A DNA stretch of 61,909 bases, counting the filler, from Choristocarpus tenellus KU-1152 (Eukaryota > Protista > Phaeophyceae): the NCBI GenBank assembly GCA_964200185.2. It is 10 parts of 10 records of this genome, joined end to end, with 100 filler letters (N's around TTAATTAATTAA, not from the genome) between each part and the next. Parts side by side here need not be neighbours in the genome. Positions count along the whole stretch, not along the records: positions 44,365 to 52,194 come from CAXNAD020005518.1; positions 52,295 to 55,676 come from CAXNAD020020410.1; positions 55,777 to 59,270 come from CAXNAD020019643.1; positions 59,371 to 61,909 come from CAXNAD020026944.1; 6 more parts are not named here. One strand, written 5' to 3'. Shown piece by piece: positions 50,401-61,799 of this stretch. The first letter of the stretch is position 1; the number at the start of each line of letters is the position of its first letter. A program made the translations under genes and the position numbers. Under the pieces are notes generated by a model, which searched no databases, had not been told where the DNA came from, and saw only the letters and a list, made by a program, of their open reading frames with translations.

Positions 50401-51784
50401 CGGAAATTAAAAAGAACGTAACACTGATAGACGTTTCCAACTATTATTCATCTCTTCTGCTTACCCTCGGTAGAAAAATACACTAGTTTGTTTGCAACAG
50501 CTCAATTATTTGAAAAAATTCAATGATATGTTTTTTTTTTAAATTAATTTAGAGATCAGAATCAACAGGTCAGACTAGTTCTTTTTTTTCTCAGGCACAA
50601 GCAGACTGCAGGCTCTGACAAATTTCATGGTACTACTACTGCCCTCCTGCACCATCCGCACAGTTCAGTTCGCAATACCACCTAATGTCTATAGACAATT
50701 ATTAACCTCTTACTAAAAAACATTTAGAATCTATCCTTCATCATGTTCTGAGTAAATTCTTGGGGGATTACTGTCAAAACCCATCATGAGGTCACTCCAA
50801 AACCTCCCCAGCAAAATATGACTTGCGCCTACCAATTCTGACTGCTAGAAATGCCTTCCCAAGGTGGTATATTTCTGCCCCGTGAGCTGTTGAAACTGAT
50901 GCTGAACAGAGGAAGCAAGTACATTTTCAAGACCCAATCGAGCACAGAAGTACAACCATACCCATGACGTATATCAATCGCATTTGCCTTTGCCGAGTGC
51001 AGTTCAACTTTGCAACAGCAAGACAAATTGTCACAAATCAGCATGCACTTTGGATCCAGTTCGAAAAAGAGCCATACCCCTCACAATTTACTCGGGACTA
51101 CCACATGAACTCATCTATCTACCAGTGCAAGTCTTGCCTTCCTTTTTTAAACTTTTTTCAATTTTTTTCCCAAAAAAAAATGCAATTGTCAAAAAACTAA
51201 CAGAAAAAAAAGCATATTTTAAAAAACAACCCGCTCTCCAACAGATCCATTTTTTACTCACCTCGTGCACTCTGCACACACCATTGATACAAAGGAAAAC
51301 TGACTTTTTAAAATCGCATCTCTCCCCAGAGGTTTTCTCTCCACAACATGGGATTTGTAAGAAACAAGTCAACAAAAATGAAGAGGTCGCAGAACAACTT
51401 TTGCCGATTAAAAAAAACACATACCTCATCGGACAGCGCCTTCCAATGATCATAGTCATCCTCCTTCCCTCCTTGCCCCATGTCCCGCTCCCCCGCCCCT
51501 CGAACAGCATCCCCATTCTTAGAATCACTACCCCCACTCTTGTCAGTACTGCTCTCCATCTGCATTGATAACAGCTTCGCCAGGAAGGCATCCAAGCCAC
51601 TGTCCCCACCCCCGTCGCCACTTTCCTCATCAACATTACTTTGTTCTGCACCATTGTCTCCTCCTGAATGTTTACCACCAATAGGCCCTGCAGCTACTTC
51701 AGATGCGGACACATTCGTATCACCTCTTCTTGATGGCGGCAGCAAAGAGCTCGAAAGATCCTGTTCGGAATCAATCAAAACTTG
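44407..51784 (-). CDS. Internal exons of an unknown gene with acidic low-complexity and coiled-coil segments
   Basis: Exons with AG/GT borders: 51784-51425 (QVLIDSEQ...HWKALSDE), ~51008-50833, 45937-45878 (VSNALSKQIHDELDRQLDEQ), 44469-44407 (AELQKGQDEEMRKMDEELDRQ). Several small exons in between are uncertain. Confidence 0.55.
44964..45052. repeat. 11-bp minisatellite (CACTATTAAAT) x~8
   Basis: Direct reading. Confidence 0.9.
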
Positions 51785-52194
51785 CTGACAGAATGGCAAT
51801 ATGCCCATATAGGGAAGGGTGACCATGGTTACGGGTATTGTAGAGCTGTGCCAACGGCTGGGGGGTAGTGGAGAAGGGGTATCATAGAGCCATTTGGCCG
51901 TGGGGAGTGGGGGGGCATGGCTATGGGAGGTGCGCTGCAGTTGATGACTAATCACTTCTCATTGAATGATGTCACATTGGGTGAAAACAAACACTGACGG
52001 ATGGGACTAGGGATGAAAAGAGTGGTATTTGTAACAATATTACAGGATCATAGGAATCATGAATCAGTACTCATAGTCGGATCGGGCTTCAAACTAAAGT
52101 TATAAATCACATCTACTATAGCAGTACCATCATAATATTTCGAAAGGGGGGGGGGGAGGGAGGGGGACGGAGGGGTCCAATTCATGGGGTTCAC

Positions 52195-52294
52195 NNNNNN
52201 NNNNNNNNNNNNNNNNNNNNNNNNNNNNNNNNNNNNNNTTAATTAATTAANNNNNNNNNNNNNNNNNNNNNNNNNNNNNNNNNNNNNNNNNNNN
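52195..52294. other. Artificial contig linker
   Basis: 44 N + TTAATTAATTAA + 44 N. Confidence 0.98.
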
Positions 52295-52347
<53 letters not shown>

Positions 52348-52481
52348 TTGTGGTTCTTTTCCTCCTTTTTTTTTTTTTTTTTTTTTTTTGGGGGGGGGGC
52401 TTATGTGGTAATACTCATGTGACCAGACAGTGTGTATCGCTTGTTTGTGATATGTGAACGTGTTGTGGCAATGATGGACAG

Positions 52482-52788
52482 ATGGTTGCTATCAGCTTGG
52501 ATGATGGTTACTGGCCTCGGATGATCAACGTTGGCTTCCTCCCTGCCGTGATCATTTTTATGCTCTTCATCATGCACTTTGGAATCACACAGCTCATTTG
52601 CGCCCTCGGTCCGGTGGCTCACATGCAGGTGGGTTGTTGACCTGATCCCGGGGGTTGTGATCAAAGGTGATCCCTTTGAACTTGCTCCGTGGGATTTTCT
52701 TGCTGTGACTCTGTAGTGAAGGATATTCATGTGCGCTGCTGCGCATGTGTACAGGCTATGTTTTACATTGTTTGTTTGTGTTGTTATT

Positions 52789-52819
<31 letters not shown>

Positions 52820-54275
52820 TTATTATTATTATTATTATTATTCTTGCTGTTATTTTACCGAGGCAAATTGACTCTTGAAACGCTTAAGAGGTAGTAGAGG
52901 GAGCTGATGGAGTACAGAACGAGGGTTAGGATTAGGGTTAGGGGAATGGGATACCAGATGTGTTGCCCTCATCTTGAGAGTTTGTGCAAGATGAGATTAA
53001 CTTCAAGCATAGGTACATATAGGCATTATATATTCGTAGTAGTTTGTATACAGTGCTTTACGGATTCCTCTCCCCGATCTTCCCCTTTCCCCTCTGGATC
53101 CCGCTCTTCTTATATTGTTTGTGTCAGACCAATTCACAATTCTTCAGTGCTGTGGCCCCAAGGAGATCTCTGGTGTACCCAGACATCACTGTGGAGATGC
53201 CAGTGTACAAGGAGAGTTTGGAGGCGGTTATCCTGCCGTCCATCATTAGCCTTGAGGTACTTTATTACAGTCAAGGAGCCATACACACCTAATATTAGTA
53301 GTAATAATGTGTGTAGTAATAATGTTAGTAGTAATAATATTAGTAGTAATAATATTAGTTGCAGTAATGTTAGTAGTAATGTCTAGTAATAATGTGTGTA
53401 GTAATGGCACTAAAATTGTAACAATACTAGATAGTAGTGTCAGTGATAATATTGGTATCCTCTAAATCGGTAAGGTTTAGGGTACGAGGATAGTTGTGGA
53501 CAAGGATAGGCAGTAAATATTGCAGAAGCTATTGGAAGGAGTTGGTGACAGTATTCAGGATATGCATCTGTACAGTCAAAATGGTATCATTTGTCTGTCC
53601 TGCCTTTTGTTCCAGTTTGATGCGCAGCCAACAGGGCTTGAGAATTGAAACATGAGCCTGTCTGCCCAACCAACCATCCATCCATCCATCCACCTGTCCA
53701 TCCATTGCTTTATATTTTTGCACTAGTGGTTTGCTTGTGCTGCTTAGGGTTAGGGTAAAATCAGTGCTGGGTGATCTGTTGTGATAGGCTGTAAGGTACT
53801 GAGGCGCATGTATGCTTGAGAAAGGGATCGAGCTGGCTCTTTTTTTTTTTTTTTTTCTTTTTTTCCTTTGATTAGGTGGAATCTTTTTTCCCCCACCTTC
53901 TTTTTTTTTTATTAACCAACNNNNNNNNNNTGTTTGGTTTTTTGTTGTTTGTTTGCTTGGGGGGGGGTTCGTGCTGGCTCTTTTTTTTTTTTGTCCTTGT
54001 CTCCCTGAGATAAGGTGCAATCTATCTCCCCCAACCTACTTGTTTTGTAATAACCAAACTGTAAGTGTGTTTTTAATCCACTTCGCTCTGCCTCATTCCA
54101 TTCTTTTACTTATTTTATTTTATTTTATGTTATTTTTTCACTGCTGTGTTGCATCATCATATTTGTGTGGGGGTCATGTGGTGTGTATGGGGCTGGACAA
54201 GAGCAGGCGGCAATGTCTCACTACAGGAAGGCAGGAGGTTCATCGAAGATATTCATCAATGATGATGGACTACAG
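52482..54275 (+). CDS. Glycosyltransferase family 2 membrane protein (fungal-type PVYKE/NDDG subfamily), three internal exons
   Basis: Exons 52482-52628 (TM helix), 53128-53256 (TNSQFFSA...YPDITVEMPVYKESLEAVILPSIISLE) and 54207-54275 (AAMSHYRKAGGSSKIFINDDGLQ), all phase 0. Confidence 0.85.
52787..52842. repeat. (CTT)n(ATT)n compound microsatellite
   Basis: Direct reading. Confidence 0.9.
53291..53405. repeat. 15-bp minisatellite (AATATTAGTAGTAAT-like) x~7
   Basis: Direct reading. Confidence 0.85.
53921..53930. other. 10-N scaffold gap
   Basis: N run without the linker motif. Confidence 0.95.
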
Positions 54276-54368
54276 GTGTGTATTGGTGTGTGTGTGTGTC
54301 ACCGCATTGGTAGCACTACATTAGAACAACTTGTGTGGTTATTGCACCTGTGTATTGACCTTTGAAGT

Positions 54369-54420
54369 ATATGTATGTGTATGTGTATGTGTATGTGTAT
54401 GTGTGTGTGTGTGTGTGTGT
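54369..54420. repeat. (ATGTGT)n/(GT)n microsatellite
   Basis: Direct reading. Confidence 0.9.
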
Positions 54421-55676
54421 AATTTGATAGCCACTCTTTCATATGCACATATATATATGCATGGGTAATATCTTTTGGGGGGCTGCACAAGAGCACTTTT
54501 ATGTTGTCCAGTGTAACTGAATTGTGGTTACTATGTACGTGTGAACTTGATGCTTGAGACCACATATATATTTTCTCTTACTATCGATGGGAAAAAAAAA
54601 ACTGTCACCTTTTTTGCCTTTTGGCAGGAAAATAACAATAGTAATGATAATAGTAATAATGATAATAATAATATATTTTTGACCATGTTGTACACGTACA
54701 ATTTTGAAAGGTGACAATATGATACAGATAATCACTTCTGCCCTCATTTCATTGTTCACCTATTAGTTACCTATTGTTGCTATTTTGATAAAGCATAAAT
54801 AAAAAAGGGGTTCGCGTTACTGCTCCTGCATGGATGGACCAAGGTCAGATCGGTTTCTGTTTATAGTTTTTAGTGTTGCTACAGTGGTGTCCAATCCCAT
54901 GAAAGTTGTATCTTGTAGTGGGCTAAGAAGAGACTACATGGGTGCATTTGTTAAAACATGCATACATGTGTGTGAGGTCGCTGTGAACCTTGAAGGTCTG
55001 AGACCTGAAGGAGGGGGGATTAATTGGGGAGACTTTTGAAGCATTACAATCCCTGGAAGTGGGGTGTGGCATTTACTTGAGGACATTTTGGTTGTCAGAG
55101 AGAGCTCTGAGCACGATTGGTGATCGATGACTGATCATTCTCTTGTCCAAATTGACCAGACTGTGTAAGGTAGGCAGTGTCTGCCAAAACCCCCGTCCAT
55201 TTTAGGGTGTGTGCAATACTCTTTTCTCCTTTGTGGGGTATTGGAGTGCCTGTTGAAAGGGCATGGACTGGGGAGACTTTGGGATGGATCTCTGAGTCTG
55301 CCAGAGGGCAGGCAAGCGTTTTTTACAGTTACTTTACAGTTACTGTATCCCTTCCTCTGTACCGTTTTGGTACTCTGTAATGGCATGCTGCAGTCTAGGC
55401 TTACAGAGCAGAGGCAATGTGTGCGAGAGGCTGTGCTGCTAGAAAACACAATGTTTGAGAACTCAGCACATGTGCGGCGACAGCCCGTGGCTCACATATT
55501 TCTCATTTTCCTTTTGAGTCAGTTATTCTTTTTTTTCTTTTTTCTTTTTTCTTTTTATTGTCGTTATTAGATTTTATTCTTTCTCTTTATTATTTATTTA
55601 TTCTCAAAAAAAAGAAGTCCTGAATGGATATACCTGGTGATATTGCATTTGAGAGCCTTGCTTCCTCCCCCCCCCC

Positions 55677-55776
55677 NNNNNNNNNNNNNNNNNNNNNNNN
55701 NNNNNNNNNNNNNNNNNNNNTTAATTAATTAANNNNNNNNNNNNNNNNNNNNNNNNNNNNNNNNNNNNNNNNNNNN
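55677..55776. other. Artificial contig linker
   Basis: 44 N + TTAATTAATTAA + 44 N. Confidence 0.98.
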
Positions 55777-55981
55777 GGGGAGGGGGGTCTACACCAGAGT
55801 GTCCATTTGGACCTAAACCAGGAAAAGTGCACTTTCATTATCTATCCAATGTATGGAACGAAATCACCCAAAAATCGCGACATGAAAAATTGGACCCAAA
55901 TTGACAGCTGCGACTCCCCTACATATGTAAAGCCAGCGTCAAAAACGGACGCCAGCACCCCCCCCACAGATACTTTGACTC
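55777..55981 (-). mobile_element. MITE family A, longer variant, nearly complete
   Basis: Reverse-complement homolog of 61423-61598 with an extra ~40-bp segment containing AAAAACGGACG. Ends CAGATACTTTGACTC. Confidence 0.85.
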
Positions 55982-56909
55982 AGGATCAGTTAGATCAGAT
56001 ATGCTTGGTACACTTGTGCCTCAAGTCCTACGGTCCTACGGCAACTAGTCAAGTATGAATCAGTTGCTTGAAAGAAAAAATCCATACACGGTGTATGCCA
56101 GCACTTTGAGTGTTCTGTTAAGAGACTGATCTCAAGGATTACCCTAAAGAGAGGGACTGCGACATAGAGCACGAATGTACTCTTCTTCATAAAGTCTCAA
56201 GCGATGGGATCCAGTGAGTTGTATGGGAATTGCAACGGTGTATATCATGATGTAATTATCTGCATGAAATCAGTGAGTTACGCAGTACACTTGACAACTT
56301 TAAACAGTCCAAGCACAAATTGTCAATCACCATCTCATACTTAAGTTTCCATGCACCCCATACACCGGTACTAACATTTTTTTGGGGGGGTAAGGATAAT
56401 TATTTAAACATAAATACTGTGGTGCACTGTATGTGTATGTGTACCCTCCCTCCCAATCTTTCACGGCCATGGCGACCCCTTATTCATCTCGAAAGTGCTA
56501 CAGAAGTTCATGGCATCAAAGCTGTACATTGTTGATACTCATTTTAGTTTGGTACTCAAGTGTCACGGTGTTCTTTCTCTGAAGAGATGGTGATTGTGAC
56601 GAGAGCATCACACCCTCCCACTGCTCACTTGCACGACTACTATCCTGTGTGTATGTATCCTTTTCTACCTACGTCTCGTCTCACTAAGTCCGCCGAGGGA
56701 TGGCTTTTACGTGTTATGCAGCATCGTAGTTACCACCCTACGATGTACCCTACCCTACCAATTCCATCCCTGTCGCCGATGGCTGGTAATGGTTGCGGTA
56801 AGAATGACAAATACTGCAAATGACCCTGTCTACATCAGATCCCTAATTGTTACTTTGCGGTTATCAAACCAACTACCACACTACGAGGTACCCTAACTTG
56901 TTAGTTTCC

Positions 56910-57530
56910 TCATAGGTGTTAAAGAATATCCCAGTTTGCAATCGAATCGGCAAAAGAACTACGACTGATCGTTTAGGGATGATATTGAATAAGTGTATCT
57001 ATGCCTAATCAACAAACCAATTGTTATGTTAGGCCCTCCAATAACAACACTTCCACGAACTACCTTACTAGATATCATCCTACAATGAACTCTTACCTTC
57101 CGATTTCATCGCAGATGCTCCAGAAATAACATTAGTGGCTACAGGAAAGGCACAATCTATCACTGGTTGATGTAGACCCGACATCTCACCAACTATGACT
57201 TCATTGGTCATACAACTGAACTGTCAATTTTATCACGTAGGCCAAGGAGTATCCATGTTTGCAATCGGAGTGGCATAAGCTACCACTGATCACTTAATCA
57301 GGACTCTACACAAGTTAATCTATTCTTAGTTACCATCCTATTTTCATCCTAGGTCCAACCATAAATTCATGGAGTATCAGACTAAGTGTCACCCTATCAT
57401 AAACCCGTAACCTCTGGTTTCAGCACAGATGCCAAGAAATACTGTTACAGCGTCAGGAACAGCATATTCTACAACTGGTCATATTGACCCGATGCCTCCC
57501 CCAACTATGAATTTTGCAGTGTATCCAACC
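56910..57530. repeat. Old ~320-bp tandem duplication
   Basis: Collinear anchors GTTTGCAATCG (56934/57257), CAGATGC (57112/57427) and CCAACTATGA (57189/57501). Confidence 0.7.
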
Positions 57531-57543
57531 ATTTACCACCCTA

Positions 57544-57753
57544 TGTTACAGTGTGCCCCTCAGAATCCACCTTCAAAGGATATGCAACTCAAATCCAACA
57601 ACCTTAAAACGACGCTACGCGGGAGTCCACAGATTATGACCACGTATGGTGTCAGTTTATGCTTAGCTTAGTCAATGTCTCGCTTTTCGCTTGATCAAAA
57701 GAGGTAAGAATCAAAGAACTGAGTGTGTGGTCATATTCAGCCTTATATTAACA
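57544..57753 (+). mobile_element. Candidate solo LTR (210 bp)
   Basis: Starts TGTTA and ends TAACA. The first ~70 bp are shared with 39641-39711. No TSD recognised. Confidence 0.5.
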
Positions 57754-59077
57754 TCATTCACCATTTTTCTACTGCCAAAGAGTTAAATGAAGTCTGCAAA
57801 CTGTTATGTATATACTTCAATCATAAATCCTTAGTCTACAACTTTCAGGAATTGACATATATTCTGTAAGATTATGTATGCATTTCAAATCTTACTCTGC
57901 ATCTTCTATCAATTCAAAGTTCCTCTTACATTAATTCTTACGTATGTATACTGTTCGCGCATTTTGGCACGCAGAAAGAAATGCTCACGATATTCGCCTG
58001 TAACACCTACTGTGTGGACTAACCTTTCAGTTCTACCATAGATGGCCAACAGTATTAGCACTCACAACCAGAACTTCCGTAGCAACGACTACTCGATTAA
58101 CCCAACTACAAACTGATACATCTATGCCTCTGCATCAACCCTAACATCACGTTCGGTCCTCGATTATCAATTTCACTACTACGGTGGATCATACCAGATA
58201 CCCCCCTAAAAAATATCCAACTCTTTCAATTTCATCACTGATGTCCAGTTCCCACCACGTACCATCCAACCCTACTATCCTGACGATCCAATTTCCACAC
58301 CAATACCTAAGAAGCTCCCTTATACCGTTTTGTTTGGTCAGCACCTAACTCCATCCAGATTTACTGCTGGACACTCTGTTAAAACACGTTCTATACCTTA
58401 CCTCAACGGGATGCATAGCTCCAGTCCACAAGCCTACAGATGATGATGATGCATGTACAGGACTCCTGATGCACAAGTAATCGAGTATGCTGTATCTCTC
58501 ACTTGGATCATTCCCTTCATAAGAAACAATATCATAGTATAAATGGAATTGGCAACGATGTACCACCTGGGGGCATGATAATGATTAAATAATAAATAAA
58601 TAGTCAAGAAGTACAAATACATAATATTTAGGATTTCAATGCCATAATGACGATAATGAAACCGCCATCAAGACATATCGCCTGCAACAACCCTCCCTCT
58701 CCCCTGTGGGAAAGATTGCTTAGAGATTGCCTAGAGTCTGTCCCCCTAGTCCTTTTTCTTCTGCTCTTCCTCAGCCTCTGCCCTCTCAACGTCCTACTCA
58801 TTGCTATCAACGTCGTCACTACCAAGTCTGCTTTTAAGTCATCCATTCGTTAACCCTTTGTTCACCCTCCCTACTTTCCTTTTCTTCGAAAGAACACCAC
58901 GTGATATCCTTGCCTACCAAGACAAATCCTCACGTCAACAAAACTGATTACTTCGTAAATTATCCCTTGAATAATGTGGTAGGAAGAGTATACGAGTGAA
59001 AAACAAAAAAAATATATATAGAGGTATCTAATCATTGACAACAGTGTATCCACAAGAGTAATTGTTATAATACTCCG

Positions 59078-59135
59078 ATAGTTTTAGTTTGTTTCTCTGC
59101 CACATCTGCAAAATCTCAGAGGGCATGATGATATG
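59078..59135 (+). repeat. Dispersed hairpin-ended repeat (copy 3, degraded)
   Basis: CTGCCACATCTGCAAAATCTCAGAGGGCATGAT. Confidence 0.7.
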
Positions 59136-59203
59136 CATGTATAGAACAAAAATTCCTCTACTCCAAAAAACCCTGCTAATATACCTCTAAGTCAAACCAT
59201 AAC

Positions 59204-59270
59204 GGGTCAAAGTATCTGGGGAGGGTGGTGGTTTGTGAGGGGGCGTCCGTTTCGGTCAAACAACTTTTTT
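59204..59270 (+). mobile_element. MITE family A left end (CGTCCGTTT variant), truncated by contig end
   Basis: GGGTCAAAGTATCTGGGG...GCGTCCGTTT. Confidence 0.8.
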
Positions 59271-59370
59271 NNNNNNNNNNNNNNNNNNNNNNNNNNNNNN
59301 NNNNNNNNNNNNNNTTAATTAATTAANNNNNNNNNNNNNNNNNNNNNNNNNNNNNNNNNNNNNNNNNNNN
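59271..59370. other. Artificial contig linker
   Basis: 44 N + TTAATTAATTAA + 44 N. Confidence 0.98.
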
Positions 59371-59395
59371 CCCACCCTCCCAGATACTTTGGGTC
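59371..59395 (+). mobile_element. MITE family A right end
   Basis: CCCAGATACTTTGGGTC. Confidence 0.8.
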
Positions 59396-59979
59396 ATGAT
59401 TGCTTCTAGACTACTTTATTTAAGACAGGTACGTAAGTTATCCATGGGTAGATATCTCGACGATTTCAATCACATACTAAAGAAACATTGATGGGATCTA
59501 CAAGATGTGAGCCCCACGAATTCAGTCGACGGATTTTAGACCACAATCCCTTTGTAACACTAATGGTTTGATTGATCAAATAATTGTATGGGCCCTTACG
59601 AAGTTATCATCAGTTGGGGTATTGAATGCAACACTACTAATACCATGTATTCATGCCAAGCCACATATTATCCTCTTTATAGCTACATTTATTGATTCCT
59701 TACCCAGAGGTTCAGATTAGGATAATTCAACAGACTTGTGGTTGTTAGTTACTATTTACTATCTTTTACCTCGCCCCTCCCCAACTCACTGCAGACGATC
59801 ATCCAGTCCCCCTACATCAACAACACATACGAGTACGAACACCACCCAACTACTTCTCCAATGCAGTATGCCCTTATCCGATAGTATTATCTACATACTA
59901 CTTCAACCTGATATCCGAAGTATCCAACCCCATAAACTCGATCAGTTCTTTCACATATAAGCTAAATGGAGGTACATTT

Positions 59980-60239
59980 GAGCCAAAGTATCTTAGAGGG
60001 TAGAGTCGCGTCCATTTGGGGGCCAAAATCCAATGTTTCCATTTTGATGTGATTTTGGCTATCTTGTTTGTTAGGAAGTGTCAACATCCTTGTTCTGGAC
60101 ACACCTTTCATAACATACATATTTTACCTACTCCGAAATATTTGGGAGTAGGAAAATGTAATAAAAACAAAAACATGGGAAGTCAAGCCCCAAATAGACA
60201 AACAGGGCAAAACTTGTAGCCTCTAAGATACTTTCACTC
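59980..60239 (+). mobile_element. MITE family B, complete (260 bp)
   Basis: TIRs GAGCCAAAGTATCTTAGAGGGTA / TAGCCTCTAAGATACTTTCACTC. Confidence 0.88.
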
Positions 60240-61249
60240 TTTACTAGTCTACCGGTGCAGAATTTCAAATCCTTCTCTGATTCAAAACCGAAACATTGAA
60301 CCCTCAACTTCAATCTTCAACTCCTCCAACCTACTACTCTCTTCAATGGTTTTGTTTTGGTGTCTACCTTTTGTGACCCTTTAGACGTAATTCCATGTGG
60401 AATGTGGGTCAACCATTTCTATTTTTATTTTAACCAAAATATACAATATAATAAAAGTAATTTAAGGTGCAATTGAACCAGAGGACGTAGGACATATGTA
60501 ATTATTATTCTTACACCGAGTGACCGAACGTAACGGACTGGTCCAGGGACTGGTCTGGGTGGAATATGCTTTACTGGGACTGAATCGGGGCCATCCGTAT
60601 ACCAAACTGGATCGGACATTGGACTAAATTGGGTAAATATGTGGTAAACACAGAGAACCACACGCGTGGAGATCGGCAAACGGTATGACCAAACGACCAT
60701 AACCTGGCCCTCTTTAGAACATACCGTAACATGCGTGCTCTATGAGCAATACGACTTGTACCTTTAACATTGTGAGTTTGATATTTCCATATGTGTACCT
60801 CTCCCCGTGCTGCCAAATGTTCGGATTACCGTACGTACAGTATTGATATCAATACATTTCCTTGAAGATATTATAGTCCTGACCACTAAGACTTTGCAGA
60901 GGTTGTCATATAGGAAAAACGAATGTGTGCAAATCAAATGAGAGAGCAATATATTAATGTGGTGCTATATAATACTATTACAATGTTGTTGGCAAAGAGT
61001 AACCCACTAGAATGTGTACCAGTAGTAGTCCTTGAAGGGTATAAGGAAGTAGCCCGGTCCACCAACTACTTTCACTCTTTATTCCTATGTTTTTTGGACT
61101 TAGCACCTATGACTCCTTCTCGTACTCCAGCTCCCCCCTACTCAAACTACTACTATCCCAACCCAACCTTCTGCTATATAGGAACCTATGACCACCCACT
61201 ATCTTGCATTACACGCCCATCTCGTATTTGCTACAAACTTGAACAAGTT

Positions 61250-61640
61250 GCTAGAGATTCTAAGAAAGAGTTGAGGACTGTCGTTGAGCTGCCAGGTCAC
61301 TCTGGTTATTGCAGACATGACCTAGGTGGCATTACCATTAATAGTTTCTCGCCCTGCCCTGGTGGTCATAGGTCAGCTGCACCGCAAGGACTGGGAGGAG
61401 AAGTAGTGCAGTGTCGAGAGCGGACTCAAAGTATCTGGGGGGGGTGGCGGCTGTCCATTTGGGGTCAATTTTTTCGCGTCGCAATTTTTGTGCGATTTGG
61501 TTGCATATGTCAGATGGATAATGTAAATGCACTTTTTCTGGTTTTGACCCAAATGGACACCCTGGTGTAGACCGCTCCCCCCTCAGATACTTTGGGTCAA
61601 TGTCGGAAGACGACCTTTGGGCGCCTTATTGTGCTATATG
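61250..61640 (+). mobile_element. Possible CRE-like LINE RT N-terminal remnant interrupted by a MITE
   Basis: LPGHSGYCRHDL resembles the RT motif APGPSG.R.EHL. CR..TFGRLIV after the MITE resembles RP...G...RRLI. Confidence 0.3.
61423..61598 (+). mobile_element. MITE family A, complete (176 bp)
   Basis: TIRs GACTCAAAGTATCTGGGGGGG / CCCCCCTCAGATACTTTGGGTC plus the inner inverted pair GTCCATTTGGG / CCCAAATGGAC. Confidence 0.9.
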
Positions 61641-61799
61641 CAGGCAATGGTATTTTACTTTTGTATTAAGGTATTCTCCATCCTCATAGCCCACTTGCTC
61701 GCAGGAAGGAGAGAGAAGTAAGTAAGATTAAGTAAGAAGATACAGAAGTAATTATTCCGGACCCAATTCTTCAAAGGAAAACCTCTGATGACCAATTTA

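Noticed and set aside
50984-51788. Long plus-strand ORFs (194 aa, 102 aa)
   Set aside because: Antisense shadows of the minus-strand exon and low-complexity intron sequence.
60923-61570. 215-aa ORF as a real gene (likewise ORFs 22659-22850, 55807-56058, 60016-60219 and 61655-61894)
   Set aside because: These read through MITE or other repeat sequence. Their shared peptides (e.g. LSIWGQFF) come from the MITE, not from a protein family.
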